Below are positions 39,401 through 52,035 of a stretch of DNA of 64,000 nucleotides, piece by piece (position 1 is the stretch's first letter; the number at the start of each line of letters is the position of its first letter). The stretch lies in NCBI GenBank assembly GCA_030324005.1, contig JARDVH010000124.1, forward strand, positions 39,714,488 through 39,778,487. Direction: 5' to 3'. Below the pieces are notes generated by a model. That model ran no database searches and was not told where the DNA came from. It saw only the letters and a list, made by a program, of their open reading frames with translations. The stretch comes from Negaprion brevirostris (Eukaryota). The position numbers and the translations under genes were made by a program.

Positions 39401-40751
39401 GTGATCTGCTGGTGGAATTCAAAACATAGGTGAGGTGGTGATGGGTAGTGTGGTGGTAATCTCACTGGACCAGTAATTCAGAGACTAGGACTCTGGACTC
39501 AAAGTTCTGGGCATGTGTTTTCAAATCCACAATTAAATTTAACTAATGAAATCTGGAATTAAGAACTAGTTGGTAATGATGGCCATGAAGCCGTTGTCAA
39601 TTGTCATAAAAACTATCTGGTTCACTAATGCTGTTTAGAGGAGGAAATCTGCTGTTGTTGCTTAGTCCGGTTTACATGTGACTCCAAGCCCACTGCAGCG
39701 TGGCTGATGCTTAAATTTAAGCCTGAGATAGACAGATTTTTAATCTCTTGGGTATTAAGAGAAATGGAGATCTGGTTGAGAAAATAGAAGTGATGTCCAA
39801 GATCCACCATGATCATATTGAATGGCTGAGCAGACTCTCACCTGTCCGGTAAGTATTTAAGTGGTTGAGGTTGTTGGAAAACTCATCATGAGCCATTTTG
39901 ACCCTGAACCCTTTTTTTAGCTTATGAGCAACCTATTGGTGTTACTGAGGCAAGTGTACCGTGGGAGGAGCTTTGTCGGAAATTGAGGCTTTGATCAGTC
40001 ACACTGGAAACTTCCAGTTATGGACATTGAGAGATTGCTTTTCAAAGCACTTTTCTCAAATGATTGCCAACTTCTTGGAAGACACCACCTATCATTTATT
40101 TCACTGACCTTCAGTTGCACTGCCCTGCTGCTAGCCTTCACTATTGCATGGAAGCAGATTGTACAACTCCCATCTTCCATCTCTGCTGAAGGCCAAGAGC
40201 AGAGACGACATCACTGCTGACTTCTCCAGGAGCAACACCAACAGAAATTACAGCTGGAAGGAGGTGCGACGCTCCTTGGTTTGACATGCCCTTTAATAAT
40301 CACTTTTCAGTTTTGTCAATCACATTGGACCCTTGGTTCCCCAGGTAATTTATTTCTTTACTGTGAAGACAGGCATACATACTTGTTTAGCATCTTAACC
40401 ATTTCCTTTTTCCACCTTTATCATTTCTCCTTTCTCAAAGGAAAAAGGAAATGGCTGAACAAGTATGTATGCCTGTCTTCACAGTAAAGAAAGAAATTAC
40501 CTGAAATTTTGCATATTTGTAAAAACATTTGTAATCTGTTTTTATACTTGCTGGTTTAGTCTCATTCAACTGTTTCCCTTTATCAAATCTTAGTCATCCT
40601 TTGCTAGCTTCTAAGTTAGAGCTCCAAGTTATTGGGAAGATCCAGTTAGGGACCAATAATGTTTAAAGTAGAGAATGTTTGAGATTCAAGATAATTGTTA
40701 ATAGAATGAATTCACTTCACTTAAAGTTTGCAAACAGCAGCCCTTTTCCAA

Positions 40752-40980
40752 TTTTTTTGATAGCTTTCAATAGTTTAATTCTAATTGAAAAGCCAATTCA
40801 AATTAAATCCAACCATGGTCCCCACATGAGGGATAAATAGGATCCAAGTTGCCAAGACTAGACATTGCACTCCATCTCAGGCTCGATCAAACAAGATCCA
40901 AGCTGACAGAATGAGGCATTGCACCACCTCCCAGGCTTGATCTAATGCTTCATCTTAGCCAAAAGACCAAGATGAAGGCT
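40752..40980 (-). mobile_element. U2 snRNA-headed chimeric short element with two tandem 48-nt modules
   Basis: - strand TCTTGGTCTTTTGGCTAAGATGAAGCATTAG vs U2 TCTCGGCCTTTTGGCTAAGATCAAGTGTAG; modules at 40895-40942 and 40841-40888; A7 at 40752-40758. Confidence 0.7.
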
Positions 40981-41906
40981 TTGAAAAATTGCATCAGTTA
41001 AAGCCTCAGATTTAACCTCATTAGCCACCCTGATCCTTTACACTAACCTGGGCAAACCACAGTTGCAGGCCTGGAGCCCATTTCTCTGCTTTCTTTCAAC
41101 CTAAATTTCACGAAGATCTGCCTCTGTCCCTACCTATGACTTCCTTTTCCAACCTCTTCCTAGTCCCTCCTGTGACAGGTTTCCATGGCCCCTTCTCCTG
41201 GTCACCTGACCCAGGTTTTCACACCATTTTCCCTTTCTTTCTGAGCAGGGGCACTGGGCCTGAAGAACTTGCACTGGCAAATTGTGTTTGTGCAGCCTGC
41301 TCCCAACTGCTCATGTGCAAAAGCTCCGAGGCCTGTCAGGAGTTGAAGTTCCCAACCTCTGCTCTTAACTCCAAGGTAAGTTATAGCTCTCATAACAATT
41401 GAGAATTTATGATTTCTGATGTTTGCCATTCATTAACACCATATCTTTGAATCGAATTTCCTGTTCTACTTTAGCTAACTTTTCCCCATGATATCTATAA
41501 TTGTTTTTATTAAAGTCCAATTGTTCCATATTGGACATGTAGATAAGTCCAGGAATTGAGTTGAAATTATATTATGATCTTTTACAATGAGATTATTAAT
41601 TAACTTTGTGCCATTACTCAAGACAAGCTTTGAAATAGCCCCTTCCCCAGTTTGTTCCACAACATATCCTGGGACTATATTCTAGGAAACTGTTTCAACT
41701 GTATTCCATGAACTCATCCAGTAAACTATCTTTTGCCAATTTGATTTGTCCAGTCTGTATGAAAATTTAAGACACCATAATTACTACATTGTTTTTATTA
41801 CATGCTCCCCTTGTTTGATGATGAATACTTTATCTGTTAGGGAAACACAAATTATTTGCACCAGTATTGTTATTTCATATCTTCATATTTCATATCTATT
41901 TCAATC

Positions 41907-42758
41907 AAAAGAAGATAGCTTTGATGCTTTTGCATTCTTTTTCCTAATTTGTAAAACATCCCTATATTATGCAGACTAGAGACTGGATCCTAAGCTTTAA
42001 CCAGTTTATTGTGCCTCCTAGAGTAAAAGGGTCCTTGATCTCCTTGGGGAGGAGTGATCAACAAGTCTAAGCTTTCATATATTGATTCTACCTCCTACTA
42101 TTCTGAGCCTAGATCCCAGGGAACCGTCTATTAAAACTGCTAAAAGGTAGGGGAAGATGTGGTGGAAATGTCAGAGAATGATCCACTTAATACAAATCTG
42201 GTGAGGTGGGAGGGTGACCAGGGTTAGGAGAGAGAAGGGAATTGATGAAGGCAGAAGTGCAGGATATGGGACACACACAGTTGAGGGCTGCTACATGGAG
42301 GAATCCTTGGCTGAAGAAACTGAAATAAATTTTGGAAGGCGGTATTAGAGTCCAAATAAACACAGAACAATTAAAAGGAAATGGTTTATATTCATTAAAA
42401 CTTTTTCAACCTTTTTTTTGCACTTAAATTTTTTGAAAAAGGTAGCAAAGTGTCGATTTTGAGGTTAAAAATTCCAAAGATTTTATATGGTTCTCCAATA
42501 TTTAAAATATCTGCTACATCTCAATTTTCAAGTTCCTTCATATTTGAAGACTCAATTGTAGTTCAATTTCTGTTGAAGCGTTGAAACAAAACCAAAAGAA
42601 GATCGTTTTGATGCTTTTGTATTCTTTTTCCTCATTTGTAAAACATCCCTATATTACACAGAGTAGAGACTGGATCCTAAGGTTTAATCAGTTTATTGTG
42701 CCTCCTGGAATAAAGTCCTTGATCTTCTTGGGGAGGAGTGATCAACAAGCCTAAGCTT
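41907..42758. repeat. Local direct duplication, ~165 bp x2
   Basis: 41907-42074 aligns by eye with 42594-42758, with scattered substitutions. Confidence 0.9.
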
Positions 42759-43781
42759 AGCGCCTCATTCTAAAGTGAATGGGAACAGAGCAATGATTAG
42801 AAACTGCAACTTGGTTAGAAAATTCTGAGAAATGTCACTTGTTTTTTTTATGTTCAGAGGCAAACAATCTAATATTTCCCTTAAACAATTGGTACTAAGA
42901 ACCTACTATTGGCTGAACGTTTTAGTAAAACTACATTACATTATCTAACCAACTGATAAACAATTTAATATTAAAGTAACTTTTTTCAAAACTGCACTGG
43001 GTAAGATAATGTGCTAGTAGAATTTATTTTTGTTTGCCCTCACAGTTTTCCTTGACACAATCCATAGTGTATTGAGGCAATGTCACCTTCATCTAATGTG
43101 AAAGAAAAGTCATCATTATCTATATCTCATTTATGGAGATGCCTAGTTTATATGTACTTTAGTTGTCGTTTTTTTTCCTCTTTCAATTTTTTATTTTGTA
43201 ATTGTAGGTATTGTATCTGCAAACTGTACAGAGGTTTTCATCTCAGGAAGAGTCTATCTACTGCTAGAGGAAATTAGTTTTTGACGGTCTGCTAAGAGAC
43301 TTTATTTCATATTCTATATGCAGATTAGAGAGTAAAGTTTCAGGATAGGGACTTGGCCATTTAGCATTGAGAGGAGAAATTTCTTTAAAATCAAGGGATA
43401 TGGCAGGAAAGTGGAGTTGAGGTTGAAGATCAGCCATGATCTTATTGATTCACGGACCAGTATTAGAGGCTGTATAACCTCCCCCTTACCACTTTTTAAT
43501 GTTCTAATATTTGCATTCCTAATATTTGCTCTACCACACACATCCATCTCCTGCTTTAGTTNNNNNNNNNNNNNNNNNNNNNNNNNNATAAACAAATAAT
43601 TGGACAGTAATTTATGTACAATGTACCCCAGTATGAAGTAGTTGAGGACTAAGTATTTTTCTAACTGTCTGCACACTAACGGACTGAATGAAACAATCAA
43701 ACGACCATTTGCCCATTTCCTGGAATTTTTGGCTTAGGTTTATTACCCTTGAACTGTAACACTTTTTCCCTTCTCTGATTC

Positions 43782-46049
43782 TTATGCTACTCTTTACCCT
43801 GAGTCCATGCTAGGTCTCCAGCATCATGTGGATCCCAGTGCCAAGCACTGATACCAAATGCCTGACTGCCGTGGTACTCAAAGTGCTCATCCAAAAATGC
43901 CATTAGGGTTGCAAGGTTACTGGCCCTCACCACTGAAGTGGGACTCAGCAGTCAAAGCTCCTCTACCCCGGGTCTCACCAGCACCCAAGCATTCCTAGCA
44001 GTGACGGACAGCCCGGGATGGCATGTTCATCACTCACCAGACCCTAGGGACAGCCCTACCCACCCCTGGGACATCGGGCTGCATGGTGGTGCCCCTGACC
44101 CTCACTCAGATGTGGGCCAGGGTGCCAGTGTGCAAACTGAGAATGGTGGGATGGGGGGGTGGTTTGCAGGGGATTGCACATTCCAGTGGAGGGGTGGGGA
44201 AGGGAAGAGGTGGGCAGGTGAGTGGGGACTACAGCACGCTGCTGGCGAGCTGCAAGGACCTGCTGATGGTGAAGGGGCAGTTGGCCACAGAGATCCCAGG
44301 CCACAAGGACACATCAGGAGAAGAGATTATCCAGCAAGCTGGAACAGTAGGCAGTGGTCTGCAGATATCTTGCCAGTGACTCCAGCAGCTTCCTCTACTA
44401 AGAGGCAGTGACATCTCTAAGCAAGATGCTAGCTGTGGTACTCAACTTGAATGGCCTGGGTGGTTACTCGGTACCTGTGGCTTGTAAGGTGACAGCGACC
44501 TTGAACATCTCAAGCTCATTCTAGGAAGCAACTGGAGAGCTTGTGACATAACCCTGGGAGTCTGACTGCAACAAGTTTGTGACTGATGCATTTATTCAGG
44601 ACTTCATCAGCAGGAGCTTGTCAATGACTATATATAAAGTCTCTGTAGATTAGCACTATCAAGCTGAGAGAGCTGGAAGCTTCAGGCACAAAACTGGTTT
44701 CCTCAAGTCCAAAGAGGAATTCACTGCACGCAGGTAGCCATCAGGCTTCCCTTTGACTAGCCAGAGACATTCTTCAGTTGCATGGGTTTTCACACCCTCA
44801 ACTTACAATTGCTCTGTGACCAGTTCCAATGGATACTGAAGATGTATACTCATTAGCCTGGGAGTTTTATGATGCATTACCCTCAGATAGTGCCAGGTGC
44901 TACCATTCCCAACCTCCATCCTCTCCAGCTCCTCCATCATGAAGCCACTGAAAGATGGGAGATTTAGATGTCTGAACCATTCAGGTGGCACTCTGTTTTA
45001 GGCACTGGCACAGATTTCCCTGACTGTGGTTGTCTGCTGTGCCCTGCAGTGGGGTGAGCTCTGGCAGCAGCAGATATTCTCAGCACCCTCAGAGCAGGAC
45101 AGGAATGATGACTCTATGAAGGAGCAGCAGGATACAGCTCAATGGCACTATGTGAAAGACCACAGTGATTAGGTATAAACTTTAAATCTTGAACTGGATC
45201 ACACTGGTCATCTGTCCACCAGGATTCTGTATTATGGCATATTACAATCCAGGAATGCCAAGGTCAGCAGCGCATATTGTCTCGATGACTTAGATGGACA
45301 ACGTCAAGTGGCTTTGGGGGTCACGTAGCTAAACAATACCCATCTGGTGGCAAATCCCCTCACTGCAATGATCCTGTCATCCTCAGTATTTAGCTAAGGC
45401 ACAATGTTTCAAAACAATCAATATGCACACAGACTGTCACCTGTGAATAAGAACAAAAACAGCCTAGGAAACAGGCCTTTTGGCCCAATGAATCCCCATG
45501 CAAAGAGAGTGCTTTCTTAATTCTTTTTCAAAAGCTGCAATGGGGTTCTCCCCTGTTTCCATCTCATCTAGTGGAGGAAGGCTGCTGCCCTGTTTCCTGG
45601 AAAGATGCCTTCTGGTTGTCTGCTGAAGCTGAGGGCCCTAGCATTGTGAGGGCCTCCTGAACAGTGACAGGAAACTCCTCAAATGCCACATTTCCCTAAA
45701 GCACTTGTGTCACTGGAAGATGGAAGGAGGAGCTGCTATTACCATGAGCAGTGCCCTGCCAGGAGCCCCCAGAAACAGACAGCTGCTTCACATCCATATT
45801 GGCACAGGGGTAACTATCTGCTTACCTGCGTGGGGACTTTAGGCATTTCCTCTTTCACTCACGCTGCCTGTTTGAACTCAGACACAGGTTTGTAGATCGA
45901 TATGCTTATCCAGTATCCCCTGCTTGATAGAGTTCAGCATAGCTTTATGCCACTCTCTACCCTGAGGCCATGCTAGGTCCCCAGCATCACGCTGATCCCA
46001 GTGCCGTGGTACTCAAAGTGTTCATCCAAAAATGCCATTATGGTTACAA
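43782..46049. repeat. Direct repeats (43782-43914 and 45945-46049) bracketing a ~2 kb GC-richer unidentified segment
   Basis: Shared ttatgc..ccatgctaggtc..gtggtactcaaagtg..catccaaaaatgccatta; the second copy lacks 28 nt between TGCC microhomologies. Confidence 0.85.
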
Positions 46050-47180
46050 TCTGGAAAGATTTTGCCTGAGTCGTCAAGGCAATATCATCGATGTAAATAA
46101 ATTTTCACGTGCTGTAATGGTCATGTTGTTTATACAGATGTCAAAAAGTATCGGTGTTGGAGCACTGTCCTGTAGGAGTCCATTGTTGAGTGTTTTGTGC
46201 TTATTTTGTTTCACAGAAAGACTGACCTATGCTTTTCTGAATGAGAATCTATGTTTCCACACCATGTCCTGGGCTGAGGAAAGATCTATGAAAGCAGCTC
46301 CAGTCTTTGTGATGAAAACCAGCCGCAATGTTTGTGGCGGTAGCAAGGATTTGTTCACAGCAATGACAGCCTAAAGGCAGAATGCTCTTGGCGGACACAA
46401 TACTAAAGTATTGGGGGTGAACGCTTAAAAGAATGAACCACTCCTGAAGCTCATAGATTATGCAGAGCAGTGAAACTGACTTGCAGCTCCAAGTCATCTG
46501 GCTTTCCTGGTTTTGGCAAGGCTATTACTGTTGCCGTACACCAAATTTAGGGAATGTGTCTGTTCTCTACCTAAGCTGAGAAGAGTATTTTACCAGTAGG
46601 TCAAGATGGAGCAGGAAGTTCAGAAGGCTGCCAGCTTGTTCCTTTTTAATCATTGCTTGGCCCATGAGAATAAAGTCAAACTGAAGAAAGACTGAACAAT
46701 TCACCATTGCTTCTTTGAGTTTATTACTTGACCTCCTGTTTGTGTTATTGATGGATTGATCCTATTCAATTGGCTAGTAATTGAACAGTAACAGCATTTG
46801 TGGGTTAGCAGCGTCTGCTGGATTTGATACTTGAAGATTCCTCAGGAGGTGCCAAGCGTGCCAGCTTTAGTGCATAAAGATCATGGATTCCATGCAGTCC
46901 AGCTAGATTTGTTGTCTACAAGTGATCAAAGATTCGAGTAGTGTTGTGGCTGCTGCTTGATTTTTAGTTGGTTGGTATTGTTGAAGGAAGACTATATACT
47001 CAAGATGCAAACAGAGGGTGCACTGTGCTTTGAAACCTCGCGGGATGACCTTCTTTGCTGCAGTTAAAAGCATGACCACAAATTGATTTTATTGTTTTGC
47101 TGTCAGGGAATGTGCTGAATGGTTTTCTCCACCATGGCAGTAAATCCAGGAAGTTCCATCTTGGCACTTGTTTTGATGAC
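46050..47180 (-). mobile_element. Vingi/Ingi (I-group) LINE RT remnant, N-terminal part
   Basis: - strand peptides VIALPKPGKP, VSLLCIIYEL, CCEQILA, TGAAFIDLSSAQDMVW, LNNGLLQDS, FIYIDDIAL. Confidence 0.75.
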
Positions 47181-47759
47181 ATGACTGGAATTTCAACCCT
47201 CCCGTGGTTGATGTGGGAGATAAGTTTGGGATAGGGAAACCTTTATCTAACCTTTATCTGGGAAATGGAATTTAATGTTGGCAAGTGTGAGGTGGTCCAC
47301 TTTGGTAGGAATAATGGTAGGAAGGACTATTACTNNNNNNNNNNNNNNNNNNNNNNNNNNNNNNNNNNNNNNNNNNNNNNNNNNNNNNNNNNNNNNNNNN
47401 NNNNNNNNNNNNNNNNNNNNNNNNNNNNNNNNNNTGATCTTATTGAATGGCGGGGCAGGCTCGAAGGGCTACATGGCCTACTCCTGCTCCTATTTCTTAT
47501 GTTCTTATAATGAAGTCAGGGTTATTCTCCCTCTCTGATCTTACCCATCAGAAAGTTGTACAATGTTTAGGGTCACGCACAAGGTGAACATCGTGTGCTG
47601 ATATTACATTTCTCCATTGTTACCACTTCAATCACTCCATTCCATATGGCTATTAATGACATTTCCCATATATGGGGTTGGGCATTGACAGGGTTGGAGA
47701 TTTGTTGGTAGGATTTGCAGATATTGATAATTCTCAGCCCACCAATCTCATCAGCTGCT

Positions 47760-48400
47760 GTAGAGATGCGTCTGAGGCCCTGTTAAAACTGACCAAATAA
47801 GTGGAAACTGTTTAATCACCTTGAAAATTGTAAAGCACACAATGGCCTAAATGTCACCTTCTGAGGAGAAAAAATGCAGCCTGATGTGATTGGGAGCAAT
47901 CAAGGATCACTCCTTAAATGTACCATCAGCATCTGTGAACAGCTGCCAAAAAGACCAAGACATGAGTGAATATCATTCTTCATACTTCTACTGTAGCTCT
48001 GGTCTTCTTGACAGCTGCACTGTGTTGGTTTCAAGTCATCATTCTAAACCCATTAATACACATCATTCAGTAATGAAAGTAATCCCCAAAAGCATGAGAT
48101 CAACTGCAGTGCAGTGGTCACCAAGCCTCTCAGATACTACCCCTTTTTCCAATTGGCAGAATGCAGCAGCATACAGTGAAGTAACTCATATTAGTAGCAT
48201 ATTGGACCTTTCCATCCATACAGACTTTCAAACCCCCACCCCAGCCATGAATCAAACATCACAACTATCAAGCTTTAATCTTTCCCAGAGACATCCCTCA
48301 ATAGTGGGCATCGCTGATGTAGCCATGTGATGTACAGGCACCATCTCAAAACCTCACCTGGTTGTGATTGTGGAAGCCCCAACCAAATCATGGAACATAT
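47760..48400 (+). mobile_element. Vingi/Ingi (I-group) LINE remnant, C-terminal part
   Basis: + strand FNHLENCKAHNGLNVTF, LGAIKDHSL..YHQHL, MRSTAVQWSPSLS resemble the post-YADD region of I-group RTs. Confidence 0.6.
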
Positions 48401-49900
48401 AATAGCATCTTGTAAGCCATTCAGCACTTCAAGCCTGCTCCATTATTCATTATAAATATGACTAATCAAATTCNNNNNNNNNNNNNNNNNNNNNNNNNNN
48501 NNNNNNNNNNNNNNNNNNNNNNNNNNNNNNNNNNNNNNNNNNNNNNNNNNNNNNNNNNNNNNNNNNNNNNNNNGATCCCACCTTCCCCCCATATCCTTTG
48601 ATCCCTTTAGCCCCAAGAGCTCCATCTAATTCCTTCTTGAAATCACACAATGTTTTGGCCTCAACTACTTTCCGTCTTCCAGATTCACCACTTTCTGGAT
48701 GAAGAAAGTTCTCCTTATCTCAGTCCTAAAAGATTTACCGCCTTATCCTCAAACTTTGATTCCCCAGTCCTGGACTCCTCCCCCATCAAGAATATTCTTT
48801 CTGAACCGACCCTGTCTAAATTATATCAGCATTTTGTAAGTTTCTATAACAGCCCATCTTGCTTTTCTAAACTCCAAATGAATATAATCCCAACTGACCT
48901 AGTAATCCTTGTATGACAGTCCCGTCATCCCAGGAATCAGCCTGGTAAACTTTTGCTGTAGTACCCCAAAAGCAACAACATACTTCCCTAGATTGGGACA
49001 CAAAAACTGCACACAGTATTCCAAATGTGACCTCACCAATGCCCTAAAAGATTATGGTAAAACATCCCTATTCCTAGATATAAATCCTCTTACTGCGAAG
49101 GCCAACATGCCATTTGCCTTTATTGTCTGTTGTATCTGCACACTTACTTTGTGACTAATGTATAGGACACCAAGGTCTATCAATTTCTGACTTCAGAGTT
49201 CGGAATATAATCTGACTTCCTATTATTGCTACCAAACTGAATAATCTCACATTTATCCACTTTTTACAGCATTTGCCATGCATATGCCCACTCAGCCTGT
49301 CCAAATTACATTGAAGCATCTCTGCATCCTTGTCACAACTCACCGTCCCAACCAACTTAGTGTCATCTGCAAATTTTCATATGATTTCTGAATTTAAACT
49401 ACTCCCAATCTCCAGATCTATTGCTTTTTCTTGCCAACTTGTATGTTTCTTCTTCAAATCTAATACTATCCCTAATTTCCCCTGAAAGCCAGGGTTTTCC
49501 CACCCTTCCTTTTTCACTCATGCGCCAAAAATAGGAATAAACAACTTTTGGAGTTCACTTATTCATGCCTTAAATNNNNNNNNNNNNNNNNNNNNNNNNN
49601 NNNNNNNNNNNNNNNNNNNNNNNNNNNNNNNNNNNNNNNNNNNNNNNNNNNNNNNNNNNNNNNNNNNNNNNNNNNTAAATGCCTAAACGTATTCAAGAGA
49701 TGGCTAGATATAGCTCTAGGAGTGAAGACAATCAAAAGTTGTGGGGAGACAGCAGGATTAGGCTATTGATTTGGACGATCAGCCATGATTGTAATGAATG
49801 GTATGTATGTCTACTGTCCTTTTCAGTAATGTTTTCCAGTCCATCATAATCAACTCATACCTCATACCATCATTGTTATTGTTATTGAGATTCAGCACCC
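48400..49900 (-). mobile_element. CR1 LINE fragments with gaps
   Basis: - strand KFADDTKLVGTVSC, LQCNLDRLS; CR1 3' tail near 48420-48640. Confidence 0.8.
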
Positions 49901-49989
49901 TGGTCTCAGAAGCAACTACCTCTTATCCATCTTCATAACGAATCCTGTCATATTATGGTCACTCCTCATCCCTAAGGATGCTCTCACAA

Positions 49990-50180
49990 CTACATTGCCA
50001 ACTAATCCTTTCTCATTGCGCAGTGCACAGTCCAAGATGGCCTGTACCCTTGTTGGTTACTATTCTCTGGGGTGTGGGCCCTGTATTAGCAGTGTCCATT
50101 CCCAGCCCACCCCAGGAGGCTCTCCTCCCTTTACATGGCAGCCAGGAGGAGGAGTCTCTGAACCATGGGGCCATCTGCAA
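49990..50180 (-). pseudogene. Decayed Myb/SANT-like (NAIF1-type) Harbinger accessory gene fragment
   Basis: - strand APWFRDSS...RRRA...TAQ*..RIS resembles the APRFSD...RR...QCRKRxNDL pattern; frameshifted. Confidence 0.4.
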
Positions 50181-51734
50181 TCTAGAATCTGCTATTATCA
50201 CAAGTAGGTCACTGTGGATTCCTGATGTTGCATGAATGGAGTGTTGCAGATGGTAGGGATTCCCCTGGTGGCATTAATGCTGCGGCTTCTTACAGCGAGA
50301 GGGGCTGGTAGTGCCTACCAGGAGGTCCAATCTGCCAGCACAGGGTTCTGACAGATTCCCTGTTGTTGCACTTCAGTCTGGCCTGTGCAATGATCTGTTC
50401 ATCCTCCCCTCCCAATTGTAGCTTCCATTTGGAGTGGTGGAACTGACTGCCCGCAGCCCATTCCATGTCAGGATCTCCCACAGCCACAGATTTATTAACA
50501 CCAGTACCAGCTGGCTACAAATTGCAAGCCCCTCACTTCTGCGTCTATAGTAGGGTCACATTAAGTTCTGGACTTCATCTCTACTTCCCATGTTGCAATA
50601 AGTGCTACTATTTCATGTTAAAAACTGACTATGATATCAAGGAAGGTACAAGATGTACCATTTATCCCCTGTTCAACAAACTCACCTGAAGATTACATGT
50701 AATCTTGACTTCATATGGAACAGCAATTAATTCTCATAGAATCAAACAGGACAGAGACTGTTCAGTCCATTGTGTCTATGCCACCTCTCTGAAAGTCTGT
50801 TTCCCCCCCAGAACCTTTTCTTTTCTAAATAGTTTGCTTTTGAAAGTTACACCTGCATCCAGATCACATCTTGCTAAAGAAAAAAAATTGCCAGACTCCT
50901 TAAAATCTACATTCTTCAGTTAATAACTCAGTGAAAACCTTTCTTTTTCCCCCCCTTATCTGTTCGTGTCAGAACACCTGTGTTATTTTGAGCACATTAT
51001 AGTAAGTCTCCTTCTCTCAGTAATCCCATCCCAGGTTCTCAACTACTTTGCATAACGTAAAATTGTCCGTGGTAGCAATTTTGAGTAAATCTGCTCTGTC
51101 TCTAAGGCTTTAATGTCCTTTCTCAAGTGTAGTGCTCAAAAATTGACACAATACTCTAGTCGATGCCTAATCAATGATTTCTAATAGTATAGTATTACTA
51201 TCTTGCTTCTATGTTCTATGCCTCTAATAATAAACCGAACATCTCATTTGCATTTTAGCTACTTTATCAACGTGTCATTTTCAAAGATAGACACAGTTTC
51301 ATAAACCCTCAAGGTTCCAGGAAGTGCAGTTACTAAAATAACCTAGATGTTTCAGTTTTTCACTGGTGCTGGAAAGGTTAAGGGTGGCCTGATAAAGGTC
51401 TCTGTGATTCAAAGCATTACGAGGTTATTTCAGAGAAACCAGAGAGCACAAATTTCAGATAATCAAAATAAAATATAACTGAAGGAATAATTTCCTTTCT
51501 GACAATGGGGAGGGGTGTAGAAGTTTAGAATGGGGAATTATCTGACACAAGTTGTTTTAATGCAGAGTCTGCAACTACTTTTCAAAACAAATTGAAATAG
51601 TTGGAAAAGTGGAAAATTAAAGGTTATGGGAAACAAGTGTGGAATTGGATTGCATGGACCAAATGACTCATTGTAGCATTTTAGGTCATGCAGATTGAAA
51701 ATGTGAAATATAGTAATTTTGTTTATAATTAATC

Positions 51735-52035
51735 ATAGAATCTCTACAGTGTAGGGACCATTCAGCCCATCGAGTCTGCACCGACTCTCCGACAGAGCAT
51801 CTTACCCTCTCCCCAAGCCCTAACCTCATAACCCCACACATTTTCCATGGCTCGTCCATGTAACTTAGCCCTAAGGGGCAAATTACCATGGCCAACCCAC
51901 TTCACCTGCACGTCTTTGAATTATGGGAAGAAACCAGAGCACTCAGGGAAAACTCACACAGACACAGGGAGAAAATACAAACGCTGTGGATAATCACCCA
52001 AGGCCGGAGTTGAACGCGCGTCCCTGGAGCTAACC
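51735..52035 (-). mobile_element. tRNA-headed SINE (HE1-like)
   Basis: - strand gggcagcacagtgacacactggttagc head, gtgtctgtgtgagtttt core, CR1-type tail ...tagagattctatgatt. Confidence 0.75.

Noticed and set aside
40942-40980. Functional U2 snRNA gene
   Set aside because: Only about 35 diverged nt match; the branch-point recognition sequence GTAGTA, the Sm site and the 3' stems are absent.
43938-44414. Overlapping 157-aa and 118-aa ORFs as genes
   Set aside because: GC-rich low-complexity frames are open on both strands with no recognisable domain.
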